Part shown: piece by piece, positions 1-8,486 of the stretch
How the letters are laid out: each line of letters begins with the position of its first letter
Position numbering within the stretch: position 1 is the stretch's first letter
NCBI GenBank assembly: GCA_963704725.1
Contig: OY969934.1
Span: forward strand, 2,976,001-3,040,000
Origin: an uncultured Actinomycetes bacterium
Lineage (GTDB): Bacteria; Actinomycetota; UBA4738; HRBIN12
Reading direction: 5' to 3'
Length of the DNA: 64,000 nt
The notes under the pieces: model-generated
What the model was told of the DNA's origin: nothing
Seen by the model: the letters and a program-made list of their open reading frames with translations, nothing else
Databases searched by the model: none
Program-made: the position numbers and the translations under genes

Positions 1-1
1 C

Positions 2-130
2 CGCGCGGACCCGTGCCCCACCTACGATCCGGGAGCCGCCTTCGTCGGCGCCCTCGAGGTCAACGAGGGCTTCTTCGCCTCGCGCGGCGTCGAGGTGGGC
101 GACGTGATCGCCACCGAGGCGTTCCTGTGA
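2..130 (+). CDS. DUF192 family protein, 3' end (partial)
   Basis: Frame 2 reads ...DPCPTYDPGAAFVGALEVNEGFFASRGVEVGD...*, matching the DUF192 C-terminal pattern; stop overlaps the next GTG (GTGA). Confidence 0.75.
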   Translation, partial: RADPCPTYDPGAAFVGALEVNEGFFASRGVEVGDVIATEAFL

Positions 131-441
131 CCGATCCGGAATGCCTGCTGTGCCGGGCCGAGCGGTTGACCGCGTGGCACTTCGAGGACGATGAGTGCTG
201 GATCACCGATTGCATGGTGTGCATGACGCCGATGATCGTGTGGCGATCACACGGCCTGCCCGACCCCGAGGGCGAGACGCATCTCCTCGGCCGGCTCGAG
301 GCCGTCGCCGCCGAGCGCTACCCGGACGGGTTCTGGATCGACGGCGAGCGCCGCCGCATCCCCGATCACTGGCACGCGCACGCCCGTCCCGCCGGCGGGT
401 TCTTCGATCCGGCGAGCGCCCTGTACACCCAGTACCGCTAG
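127..441 (+). CDS. small HIT-like, Cys-rich protein
   Basis: GTG at 127 coupled to upstream stop; CLLC and CMVC pairs and HWHAH histidine-triad-like motif. Confidence 0.7.
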   Translation: MTDPECLLCRAERLTAWHFEDDECWITDCMVCMTPMIVWRSHGLPDPEGETHLLGRLEAVAAERYPDGFWIDGERRRIPDHWHAHARPAGGFFDPASALYTQYR

Positions 442-532
442 GCATCCCCCGAGACGCAGGTAGCAGTGCCCGCCGGATCCGCCCTAGCCTACCTCATGGC
501 TCCCGGGCCGGCCTCCGAGCAGACCCGGCCGT

Positions 533-1318
533 TCAGCTGGAGGCGATGACGCCGGTCGCCTCCAGGGCCGTCTCGAACGCCGACGCCACGACCCTGGCCC
601 CGTCGGTGCTCGGATGGAAACCGTCGTCGGAGACCAGCTCCGGGCGTTCGGTCGGGATGTCGCCGAGCGCGTGGAGATCGACGAGGACGGCGCCCTCCTC
701 CTCGACGATGGTCTCGATCTCCCGGTTGTAGGCCGCGACGGCCGCCCTGACGGCCCGGGGCGACGGGGTCACGATCGAAAGGTCCGCGGGGCACTCGACG
801 ACGTTGCCCAGCGGGGCGACGTAGCTCCCGCTCGAGGAGCGGCACGCGAGATAGACCGGGAGCGTGTCGAGCCGAGGAGTGTTGGCCACCAACACGATCG
901 TCTCCCCGTCCCGGAGGAGGTCGTGGACGACGACGCGGAGCTGCCGCCCGTACCGATCCGGTGTCACGCCGTGGAGGAGGTCGTTGACGTTGAACCACAC
1001 CGTGGCGACATCCGCTCGCACGGACAGGGCCGCGTTCACCTGTTCCACGAGGGCCTGACGCGTCGTGCTGCCGCCGACGCCGAAGTCGTACAGGGCCGAG
1101 CCCGGCGGAAGCGTCCGCCACAGCACACGCGGCCAGGCATCTTCGATCGGATCGGCCGTGCCGACGCCGGCGGTCTCGCTGGCCCCCAGGGCCGCGTAGA
1201 CGAGCGGAGCGGCGGCTCCCGGCGACGGGGTGACCGCCGCGCGGCCCGACCCACCGCCCGTGCACGCGACGGCGAGCATGAGCAGGACGACGCCGGCGAA
1301 CAGACCGCGTGGCCTCAC
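533..1318 (-). CDS. SGNH/GDSL hydrolase lipoprotein
   Basis: Lipobox LAVAC; LGASET (block I), NVND (block III), DGFHP (block V). Confidence 0.85.
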   Translation of the reverse strand: MRPRGLFAGVVLLMLAVACTGGGSGRAAVTPSPGAAAPLVYAALGASETAGVGTADPIEDAWPRVLWRTLPPGSALYDFGVGGSTTRQALVEQVNAALSVRADVATVWFNVNDLLHGVTPDRYGRQLRVVVHDLLRDGETIVLVANTPRLDTLPVYLACRSSSGSYVAPLGNVVECPADLSIVTPSPRAVRAAVAAYNREIETIVEEEGAVLVDLHALGDIPTERPELVSDDGFHPSTDGARVVASAFETALEATGVIASS

Positions 1319-2619
1319 AGCGAACCCACCGCCTCCCGGGCGGGAAGGCGAGCCGCCCGCCGGGCCGGAAGCGCCCCCGCGACCACCGCGAGGGCGGTTG
1401 CGCCGAAGATGCCGCCGACGACGACCACGGCCGGCGCCACGACCCGAACGCCCTCGAGGCCCTGTCCCGTGAGGTATCCGTTCACGACCAGACCCACGCC
1501 GAAGGCGACGGCGACCCCTATGGCGGTGCCCAGCATGCCGCCCACCGCACCGACGAACGCGGCCTCGATCAGGAACCAGCGCAGCACGTCGCGATCCCTG
1601 GCGCCGATCGCCTTCAACACCCCGATCTCGCGGCGGCGTTCCCGCACCGCCGCGAGCAGGGCGTTCGTGATCCCGAGCGACGCGATGACCAGCGCGATCG
1701 AGGCGATCCCGCCGAGCACGATGTCGACGACGTGGAGGTATCGCCGGACGTTGGCGACCAGCTGCTCGGGTGCGCTCGTCGCGTACCCGAGCTCGTCGAT
1801 CGACGTTCGCACCCGGTGCACCTCGTCCAGGGAGTCGGCCACGACCACGAGGCCGGAGTAGTCCGACGTGGGGAGGCGGAACCGATCGCCGTCGCCGACG
1901 CCGCCGAGCGCCCAGTCACGGTCGGCCTGGGTCTGCTCGATCGGGACGACGAACTCACCGACGGCCGCGTCCTGCGCGACGACTCCGACGATCGTGAGCA
2001 CGACCCATCTGCCCCGGTAGTCGAGCTCGCCGTCGACCTGGCGGTACACCTGTGGCGAACCCATCATGATCGTCCCGCCGAGGACCTGGTCCGGCCGATC
2101 GGCGTCGAGCTTCATCCGGTCCAGATACCCCTGGGTGACGGCGACCTCCGACAGCGACCCGGCGGCGGGCAGTCGACCCGCCAGCAGGGTGATCGGCAGG
2201 TCCGAGGACTCGCTCACATCGATCCCCACCGCGTGCTCGAAGATCCGGTGCGGCACCCCGGGCGCGAACGGCGGGATCACCAGCACCTCCGCCGTCAGGA
2301 CGCCGGCCGTCGAGGCGACGCCGGGCAGGCTCGCGATCCGCTCCCGATCCGCCTGCGTGAGGTCTCGCGGCTCGGCGGGGCGAAGCGAGTCGATCTCGAG
2401 CTGGCCCGGTGCCGCCTCGGCGGCCAGAACCTTGACCGCCGTGATCGGACCGCCCTTGCTCACCTGCCTGATGACGCGCGAGTTCGCCGTCACGACCATC
2501 GTGGCCAGCGCGACCAGCAAGGCGCTCGCGAGCGTGACGGCGAGGGCCGTGAGCGCCGTCCTGCCGAATCGACGCGACGCGCTGGCCAGCGCCATCGAGA
2601 GCGCGTCCCGCCACGTCAC
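1315..2619 (-). CDS. MacB/FtsX-family ABC permease
   Basis: RTALTALAVTLASALLVAL TM1, large extracytoplasmic domain, ERRREIGVLKAIGA motif, 3 C-terminal TMs; GTG start inferred from overlap with ATPase stop. Confidence 0.9.
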   Translation of the reverse strand: MTWRDALSMALASASRRFGRTALTALAVTLASALLVALATMVVTANSRVIRQVSKGGPITAVKVLAAEAAPGQLEIDSLRPAEPRDLTQADRERIASLPGVASTAGVLTAEVLVIPPFAPGVPHRIFEHAVGIDVSESSDLPITLLAGRLPAAGSLSEVAVTQGYLDRMKLDADRPDQVLGGTIMMGSPQVYRQVDGELDYRGRWVVLTIVGVVAQDAAVGEFVVPIEQTQADRDWALGGVGDGDRFRLPTSDYSGLVVVADSLDEVHRVRTSIDELGYATSAPEQLVANVRRYLHVVDIVLGGIASIALVIASLGITNALLAAVRERRREIGVLKAIGARDRDVLRWFLIEAAFVGAVGGMLGTAIGVAVAFGVGLVVNGYLTGQGLEGVRVVAPAVVVVGGIFGATALAVVAGALPARRAARLPAREAVGSL

Positions 2620-3344
2620 TCCTCGGCCCACCTGCCCTGCCGCAGCCTCCGGATCGATCCGGCCCGCTCCGCCACCCGCCGCTCGTGGGTGACCACCAGG
2701 AGCGTGCACCCCGTCTCGGCGTGGACCCGCTCGAGGAGGTCGAGCACCTGCTGCGTGGTCTCGTCGTCGAGGTTCCCCGTGGGCTCGTCCGCCAGCAGCA
2801 ACCGCGGCTCGTTGGCCAGCGCGCGGGCGATCGCCACGCGCTGGCGCTCGCCGCCCGAGAGCTCCGCCGGACGGTGCTCGACCCGGTGGGACAGACCCAC
2901 GCCGTCCAGGAGACCCTGCGCCCGGATCCGGCGACGGCCGGACGACATCCTGGACAGGGCGAGCGAGAGCTCGACGTTCTCCCGAGCCGTCAGGACGTCG
3001 ACGAGGCCGTAGTGCTGGAACACGAATCCGACGGTGCTCCGGCGGTAGTCGGCGAGCGCATCGCCCGACAGGCTCGACAGGTCGCGCCCACCCACCGAGA
3101 TCGAGCCCGACTGCAGCGTCTCGAGGCCGCCGATCAACGAGAGCAGCGTGCTCTTGCCGGCGCCCGACGGGCCGGTGAGAGCGACGAACCCGCCCGGCTC
3201 AACGTCGAGATCGAGCTCGTGGAGCACCGGGACGGCGCCCCGCCCGTACGCGTGGGACACATGGCGGAGCGTCACGCCGGCTCCCGCCTCCGTCGTGACG
3301 AGCGGGAGTGTGGGGCTCACCCTCGACGAACCGGGAACCGGCAT
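2616..3344 (-). CDS. ABC ATP-binding protein (LolD/MacB type)
   Basis: GPSGAGKS, LSGGERQR, LLADEPTGNLD, VTHE; start uncertain (3344 or 3320). Confidence 0.9.
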   Translation of the reverse strand: MPVPGSSRVSPTLPLVTTEAGAGVTLRHVSHAYGRGAVPVLHELDLDVEPGGFVALTGPSGAGKSTLLSLIGGLETLQSGSISVGGRDLSSLSGDALADYRRSTVGFVFQHYGLVDVLTARENVELSLALSRMSSGRRRIRAQGLLDGVGLSHRVEHRPAELSGGERQRVAIARALANEPRLLLADEPTGNLDDETTQQVLDLLERVHAETGCTLLVVTHERRVAERAGSIRRLRQGRWAEE

Positions 3345-3493
3345 GGGCAACGAGTCTCGCACGGACGCTCCGTTTCGGCGGGTTCGGGCCGCGCAGCCCG
3401 GGTCTTGGCGGCTCGACCTCGGAGACGCGCGAGCCGTCAGCGGCGAGATCGCCCACCGTGGGTCGGCATCTCCCTCCCCATGGTGCGACGGGG

Positions 3494-3572
3494 AGGTTTC
3501 CGAACCCTTACGGAACACGCTCCGCGAGCGGATTTCAGGAATCGGATCGGCCCTCGTAAGGATCCGGTAATC
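3494..3572. promoter_or_regulatory. mirrored tandem-repeat operators in divergent promoter (OmpR/PhoB-like, putative)
   Basis: Plus strand CGTAAGG-atcc-GGTAATC (3555-3572); minus strand CGTAAGG-gttc-GGAAACC (3495-3512); half-sites 11 bp apart. Confidence 0.5.
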
Positions 3573-3594
3573 CCTTATGGACAGGCTATCGGCC

Positions 3595-4236
3595 ATGGTG
3601 GACGTGATCGTCCCCGTGCTGAACGAGGCTGGGGTTCTCCCGTGGGTGCTGCAGCGGATGCCCGGCGGTTGCAGGCCGATCGTCGTCGACAACGGGTCGA
3701 GCGACGGCTCCGCGGCCATCGGGGAGGCGCTCGGCGCGCTCGTCGTCCGCGAGCCACGGCGAGGCTTCGGCGCCGCATGCTTCGCGGGGCTCGCGGCCGC
3801 GACGAGCGACGTGGTCGCCTTCATGGATGGCGACGGATCCCTCGACCCGCGGGATCTGCCCCTCGTCCTCGATCCCGTCGAAGCCGAAGAGGCCGACCTG
3901 GTGCTCGGCGCGCGGGTCCCCGAACCCGGAGCGTGGCCGTTCCACGCGCGTCTCGGCAACCGTGCGATCGCGTGGGAGGTGCGTCGGCGCACCGGGCTCG
4001 GCCTGCGCGACCTCGGTCCGATGCGGGCGGCCCGCCGGACGAAGCTCCTGGCGCTCGGGATCGCCGACCGGCGCTTCGGATGGCCGCTCGAGATGATCGT
4101 GCGCGCCGCGTCCGCCGGCTGGCGGATCGAGGAGGTTCGCGTCCCCTACCGGACGCGCTCCGGCCGTTCGAAGGTGACCGGGACCGTCCGCGGGACCGCG
4201 CGCACGATGCTCGACATGGCCAAGGTGCTGCGGTGA
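3595..4236 (+). CDS. GT2 glycosyltransferase (polyprenyl-phosphate sugar synthase-like)
   Basis: VIVPVLNE, VVDNGSSDG, FMDGDGS (DxD), SKVTG; alternative start 3577. Confidence 0.9.
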   Translation: MVDVIVPVLNEAGVLPWVLQRMPGGCRPIVVDNGSSDGSAAIGEALGALVVREPRRGFGAACFAGLAAATSDVVAFMDGDGSLDPRDLPLVLDPVEAEEADLVLGARVPEPGAWPFHARLGNRAIAWEVRRRTGLGLRDLGPMRAARRTKLLALGIADRRFGWPLEMIVRAASAGWRIEEVRVPYRTRSGRSKVTGTVRGTARTMLDMAKVLR

Positions 4237-4886
4237 GCGTTGCGCTCCTGGTGATCGCGAAGGCGCCGGCAGCCGGCCGGAGCAAGACGCGGCTCTGCCC
4301 TCCGTGCACCCCGACGGAGGCGGCGCTCCTGGCGGAGGCGGCGCTCCTGGACACCCTCGAGGCCGCCGAAGGAGTGTCGAGCACCGGCCGACGGGTCCTC
4401 GTGCTCGACGGCGCTGCAGGGTCGTGGCTCCCTCCGGGGTGGGAGGTCGTGCCGCAGCGCGGCGCCGGCCTCGACGAGCGCATAGCCGCCGCCTTCGCGG
4501 ACGTCGGGGGACCCGCGCTGCTCATCGGCATGGACACGCCGCAGGTGACGCCGGACCTGTTGGCATCGGCCGCGGAGACCCTGCTCGCTCCCGGGGTGGG
4601 GGCGGTCCTGGGGCCGGCGTACGACGGCGGGTTCTGGGCGATCGGGCTCCGGCAGGCCGATCCGTCGGTGTTCCTGGACGTGCCGATGAGCACGCCCGGG
4701 ACGCTCTCGGCGCAACGGCGACGGCTGCACTCGCTCGGCCTGGCCCACCGAGAGCTCGCCGCGCTGCAGGACGTGGACACGTTCCGGGACGCGGTCGAGG
4801 TCGCCTCGCTGGCGCGGGGGTCACGATTCGCCGAGGCCCTCGCGCGCCTGCGCGATCCCGCGCCGGTGGTGGCGGCGCGCTCGTGA
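4233..4886 (+). CDS. DUF2064 / TIGR04282-like GT-A fold protein
   Basis: IAKAPAAGRSKTRL, QRGAGLDERI, LIGMDTP, LGPAYDGGFWAIG, DVDT motifs. Confidence 0.88.
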   Translation: MSVALLVIAKAPAAGRSKTRLCPPCTPTEAALLAEAALLDTLEAAEGVSSTGRRVLVLDGAAGSWLPPGWEVVPQRGAGLDERIAAAFADVGGPALLIGMDTPQVTPDLLASAAETLLAPGVGAVLGPAYDGGFWAIGLRQADPSVFLDVPMSTPGTLSAQRRRLHSLGLAHRELAALQDVDTFRDAVEVASLARGSRFAEALARLRDPAPVVAARS

Positions 4887-5501
4887 GCACCGTCGCGGAG
4901 CGTGTCGCCGGCCCCGGCTCGGCACCGGCCGGGCTGCGCTCGGATCGCGGACACCTGATCCCCCTGCAGGTGGAGCGGTGGTTCGCCGAACCGAGCGCCG
5001 CGGAGCGCCGGGTGCTCTCACGAGCCCTCCCGCCGGTGCTCGACGTGGGGTGCGGTCCCGCCCGTCACACGCTGGCGCTCCTCGACCGCGGCGTGCCCGC
5101 GCTGGGCGTGGACATCTCGCCCGCGTGCGGTTCGCGTGGCGACGGGCCGCGGGGCCCCGGTCCTGCACCGGTCGGTGTTCGACGAGCTTCCCCACGAGGG
5201 GTCGTGGGGGACGACCCTGCTCCTGGACGGCAACGTGGGGATCGGCGGGAGCCCCGTCGCGCTGCTCGTCCGGCTCCGGCAGGTGCTGCGCGAGGGTGGG
5301 CGGGCCCTCGTGGAGGTGGAGCCCCCGGGCACGCCGACCGAGTCGTTCCGCGCCCGGATCGAGGGCGCGCGGCTCGGATCGTGGTTCCCGTGGGCTCGGG
5401 TGGGCGCCGACGGCCTCGGAGCCGTGGCCAACCTCGCCGGCCTGACGGTGGCGGAGCTGTGGGCCGACGAGGATCGATGGTTCGGGAGGCTCGAGTCGTG
5501 A
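4883..5501 (+). pseudogene. class I SAM methyltransferase split by a 1-bp frameshift
   Basis: VLDVGCGP and GVDISP in the first frame; continuation RGAPVLHRSVF...LLLDGNVGIGG in another frame; one extra base at about 5123-5126. Confidence 0.75.
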
Positions 5502-6727
5502 GCGACCCGGGACGCCAAGCAGAGGGACCCGGCCGTCGGCTCGACGAGCGGCTCCGGAGTCTCGCGCCGCCCCGGATCGGACCGTTCCGCGAGGACGCCT
5601 ATCGCAGCCCGTTGCACGCGGAGCGGAACGCCGCGTGGCTCGGGATCGCCCTCGGGGTCGCCTTCTCCCTCTGCTTCGTGACCGGGTTGATCTCGCACCT
5701 GGTCCAGCACCCGCTCTCGTGGTTCGCCTGGCCCGCCCGCCCGACCTGGCTCTACCGGGTGACGCAGGGGATCCACGTCGCGACGGGCCTCGCGGCGATC
5801 CCGCTCCTGTTGATGAAGCTCTGGGTCGTCTCGCCGCGCCTGTGGACGTGGCCGCCCGTGCGGAGCGTCGGGCACCTCTCGGAGCGGGTGAGCCTGTTCC
5901 CGCTGGTCGGCGGCTCCCTGTTCCTGCTGTTCACGGGCATCGGGACCATCAACCGGTTCAAGCCGTGGGGGTTCTCGTTCCCGGCGGCGCACTACGCGGC
6001 GGCGTGGATCGCGATCGGCGCGCTCGTCGTCCACGTCGGCGCGAAGCTCCACGTCGCGGCCCGAGCCCTCTCCAGGTCCGCCCCGCTCGAACGGGGATCC
6101 GGTCCCATCGACTCGGCGCCGGCGGCCGGGCTCTCCCGCCGCGGGTTCCTCGGCGCGGCCTTCGCCGGCGCGGCGGCCGTGACCATCGCCACCGTCGGCC
6201 AGACCCTGCGGCCGCTTCGGTCGCTCTCCGTGCTCGCTCCGCGGGACCCGGCGGTCGGACCGCAGGGCGTGCCCGTCAACCGCACGGCCCGCTCGGCCCG
6301 CGTGACGGATGCGGCGGTGAGCCCCGGATACCGGCTGAGCGTGGAGGGCAACGTGGCGACGGCGCTCTCCCTCTCGCTGGACGAGCTCCGGGGACTGCCG
6401 CAGCGATCCGCGAACCTCCCGATCACGTGCGTCGACGGTTGGAGCGCCTCGGGGACCTGGCGAGGCGTGCCGGTCCGAGATCTCCTTCGGATGGCCGGGG
6501 TCGAGGAGCCGACGAGCGCCGAGATCGTCTCCCTCCAGCGACCGGGCACGGCCTACGCGAGCTCGACGCTCGACGCCGACCATGCCGCCGACCCGGACAC
6601 GCTGCTCGCGCTGGAGCTCAACGGCGAGCCGCTGGCCATGGATCACGGGTTCCCCCTGCGTCTCATCGCGCCGAACCGCCCCGGGGTCATGCAGACGAAG
6701 TGGGTGACGAAGGTGGTCGTGACGTGA
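5498..6727 (+). CDS. membrane-bound molybdopterin oxidoreductase (sulfite oxidase/MsrP-like) with N-terminal His-containing TM domain
   Basis: TM helices with His (SHL, IHV, AHY, VHV); internal SRRGFLG; LPITCVDGWS Mo-Cys; DHGFPLRL and TKWV motifs. Confidence 0.88.
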   Translation: MSDPGRQAEGPGRRLDERLRSLAPPRIGPFREDAYRSPLHAERNAAWLGIALGVAFSLCFVTGLISHLVQHPLSWFAWPARPTWLYRVTQGIHVATGLAAIPLLLMKLWVVSPRLWTWPPVRSVGHLSERVSLFPLVGGSLFLLFTGIGTINRFKPWGFSFPAAHYAAAWIAIGALVVHVGAKLHVAARALSRSAPLERGSGPIDSAPAAGLSRRGFLGAAFAGAAAVTIATVGQTLRPLRSLSVLAPRDPAVGPQGVPVNRTARSARVTDAAVSPGYRLSVEGNVATALSLSLDELRGLPQRSANLPITCVDGWSASGTWRGVPVRDLLRMAGVEEPTSAEIVSLQRPGTAYASSTLDADHAADPDTLLALELNGEPLAMDHGFPLRLIAPNRPGVMQTKWVTKVVVT

Positions 6728-7170
6728 GCGAACGCGACGCCGGCGACCACGACGAGGCCCGTGGGTGGCTGTACCGGGGCTCGTTCGTCGCGGGGTGGGC
6801 GCTGATCGGATTCGGTGTGTGGACGGCGTTCGCGCGGGCGGGAGCGGTCCGGCCGCTGAGCCTCGGGACCTGGTTCGTGGGTCTCACGCTCCTGCACGAC
6901 CTCGTCGTCGCTCCGGCGATCTCCGCCGCCGCCGTCGTGATCGCGCCGCGACTCGCGCCGCGCGTTCGCGGCGCCGTGCTCGTCGCGGCCATCGTGAGCG
7001 CCGTCCTGGTCCTGATCTCGCTCCCGCCGTTGCTCGGCGACCCCCAGGGGAACGCGACGATCCTCCCCCGGAACTACCTCGCCGGGCTGGCCGTGTCGAT
7101 CGTGGCGACGTGGATCGTCGCCGCCGTCTGGATCGTGGCGGCCGGGCGTCGCCCCACGAGGTCGCGATGA
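6724..7170 (+). CDS. small 4-TM membrane protein
   Basis: GTGA coupled; hydrophobic, with LLHDLVVAP and NATILPRNY. Confidence 0.75.
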   Translation: MSERDAGDHDEARGWLYRGSFVAGWALIGFGVWTAFARAGAVRPLSLGTWFVGLTLLHDLVVAPAISAAAVVIAPRLAPRVRGAVLVAAIVSAVLVLISLPPLLGDPQGNATILPRNYLAGLAVSIVATWIVAAVWIVAAGRRPTRSR

Positions 7171-8486
7171 GCACCGCCACCGCCGAACGCCTCCGCCCGT
7201 CGCCCACACGACCGCGAGCGACGGGTCGCGGGGCGGCGATCGCGATCGCGGTCGCGGGCGTGCTCGTGGTCGGAACGCACCTGTGGGGTAGATGGCTCCA
7301 GGCCCGCGGCCACCACCTGTTCGTGAACCTGCCGCCGCTCGTCGGCCATCTCGACCCGCGCTTCGCCGCGGCGGGGATCGCCGCTCCCCTGCTCGCGGTC
7401 GGGGCCGTCGCCTTCGGGCCCCGCCTCGCGGCCCGGCTGACCTGGCGGCGCCTGCTCGTCGTGTGCCTCCTCGCCGCCGCGGCGTGGGCCGTCTCCCTGG
7501 CGCTCACCGAGGGCGTCGGCGCGCTCGTCCGCTCTCCGGCGAGCCCGCGCGACTACCTGCACGACGCGCCGCTGATCGAGAGCCCGTCGCGGTTCCTGCA
7601 CACGTACGTGGACGAGATCGACCGGTACACCGTGCACGTCCGGGCCCATCCGCCCGGGATGACCCTTCTTGCCTGGTCGACGTGGCGTGTCGGCGGCGGG
7701 CCCGGGTGGCTCGCCGCGCTCGAGATCCTGGTGGGGGCCTCCGCCGTCCCCGCGGTCCTCGTCGCCCTCCGCGAGGTCGCCGGCGAGGGCCGGGCGCGAG
7801 CGGCGGCGCCGTTCCTCGCGTTCGCACCGCTGGCGATCACCGTGGCCTCCTCCGCAGACGCGTTCTTCGCCGGGGTCGGCGCGTGGGCCGTCACGCTCGT
7901 CGTCCTGTCGACGGGCCGGCGCGACCGGCGGGGCGACGCGATCGCGCTCGGGGGCGGGCTCCTGTTCGGCGTTTCGGCGTTCCTGTCCTACGGCCTGGTC
8001 CTGCTCGCCGCGATCCCGCTCACCGTCGCGGTGATGCGTCGCCGGGCGCGTCCCGTCGCGCTCGCCTCGCTGGGGGCGATCCCCGTCTTCGCCGCGTTCG
8101 GGGCGGCGGGGTTCTGGTGGCTCGACGGGCTCCTCGCGACGCGGGTCGAGTACCTCCAGAGCGTGGCGCGGCTCCGACCCTACGGCTACTTCCTGATCGC
8201 GGACGTGGCGGCGTTCGCGCTGATCGTCGGTCCCGCCCCCATCGCCGGCCTGGCATCGCGCGCGGGGCGGGCGACGTGGTCGCTCGCCGGCGGCGCCCTC
8301 GCCGCCGCGGCGCTCGCCGACCTCTCGGGGATGTCCAAGGCGGAGGTGGAGCGGATCTGGCTGCCGTTCGCCGTCTGGGTGCTCGCCGCGGCCGGCGCCC
8401 TGCCGGCCGGTTCCCGCCGCGCGTGGCTGGCGGCGAGCGTGTCGTTCGCGCTCCTGCTCGAGGTCCTGGTGAGGCAGCCGTGGTGA
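7167..8486 (+). CDS. polytopic membrane protein, GT-C-like glycosyltransferase
   Basis: More than 10 TMs; DYLHD loop, HVRAHPPG, SKAEVERIWLP. Confidence 0.75.
   Translation: MSTATAERLRPSPTRPRATGRGAAIAIAVAGVLVVGTHLWGRWLQARGHHLFVNLPPLVGHLDPRFAAAGIAAPLLAVGAVAFGPRLAARLTWRRLLVVCLLAAAAWAVSLALTEGVGALVRSPASPRDYLHDAPLIESPSRFLHTYVDEIDRYTVHVRAHPPGMTLLAWSTWRVGGGPGWLAALEILVGASAVPAVLVALREVAGEGRARAAAPFLAFAPLAITVASSADAFFAGVGAWAVTLVVLSTGRRDRRGDAIALGGGLLFGVSAFLSYGLVLLAAIPLTVAVMRRRARPVALASLGAIPVFAAFGAAGFWWLDGLLATRVEYLQSVARLRPYGYFLIADVAAFALIVGPAPIAGLASRAGRATWSLAGGALAAAALADLSGMSKAEVERIWLPFAVWVLAAAGALPAGSRRAWLAASVSFALLLEVLVRQPW

Noticed and set aside
4304-6727. 807-aa ORF as a real methyltransferase-oxidoreductase fusion
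   Set aside because: N-terminus is an off-frame shadow of DUF2064, and the middle is frameshift junk; GTGA coupling at 5498 marks the true oxidoreductase start
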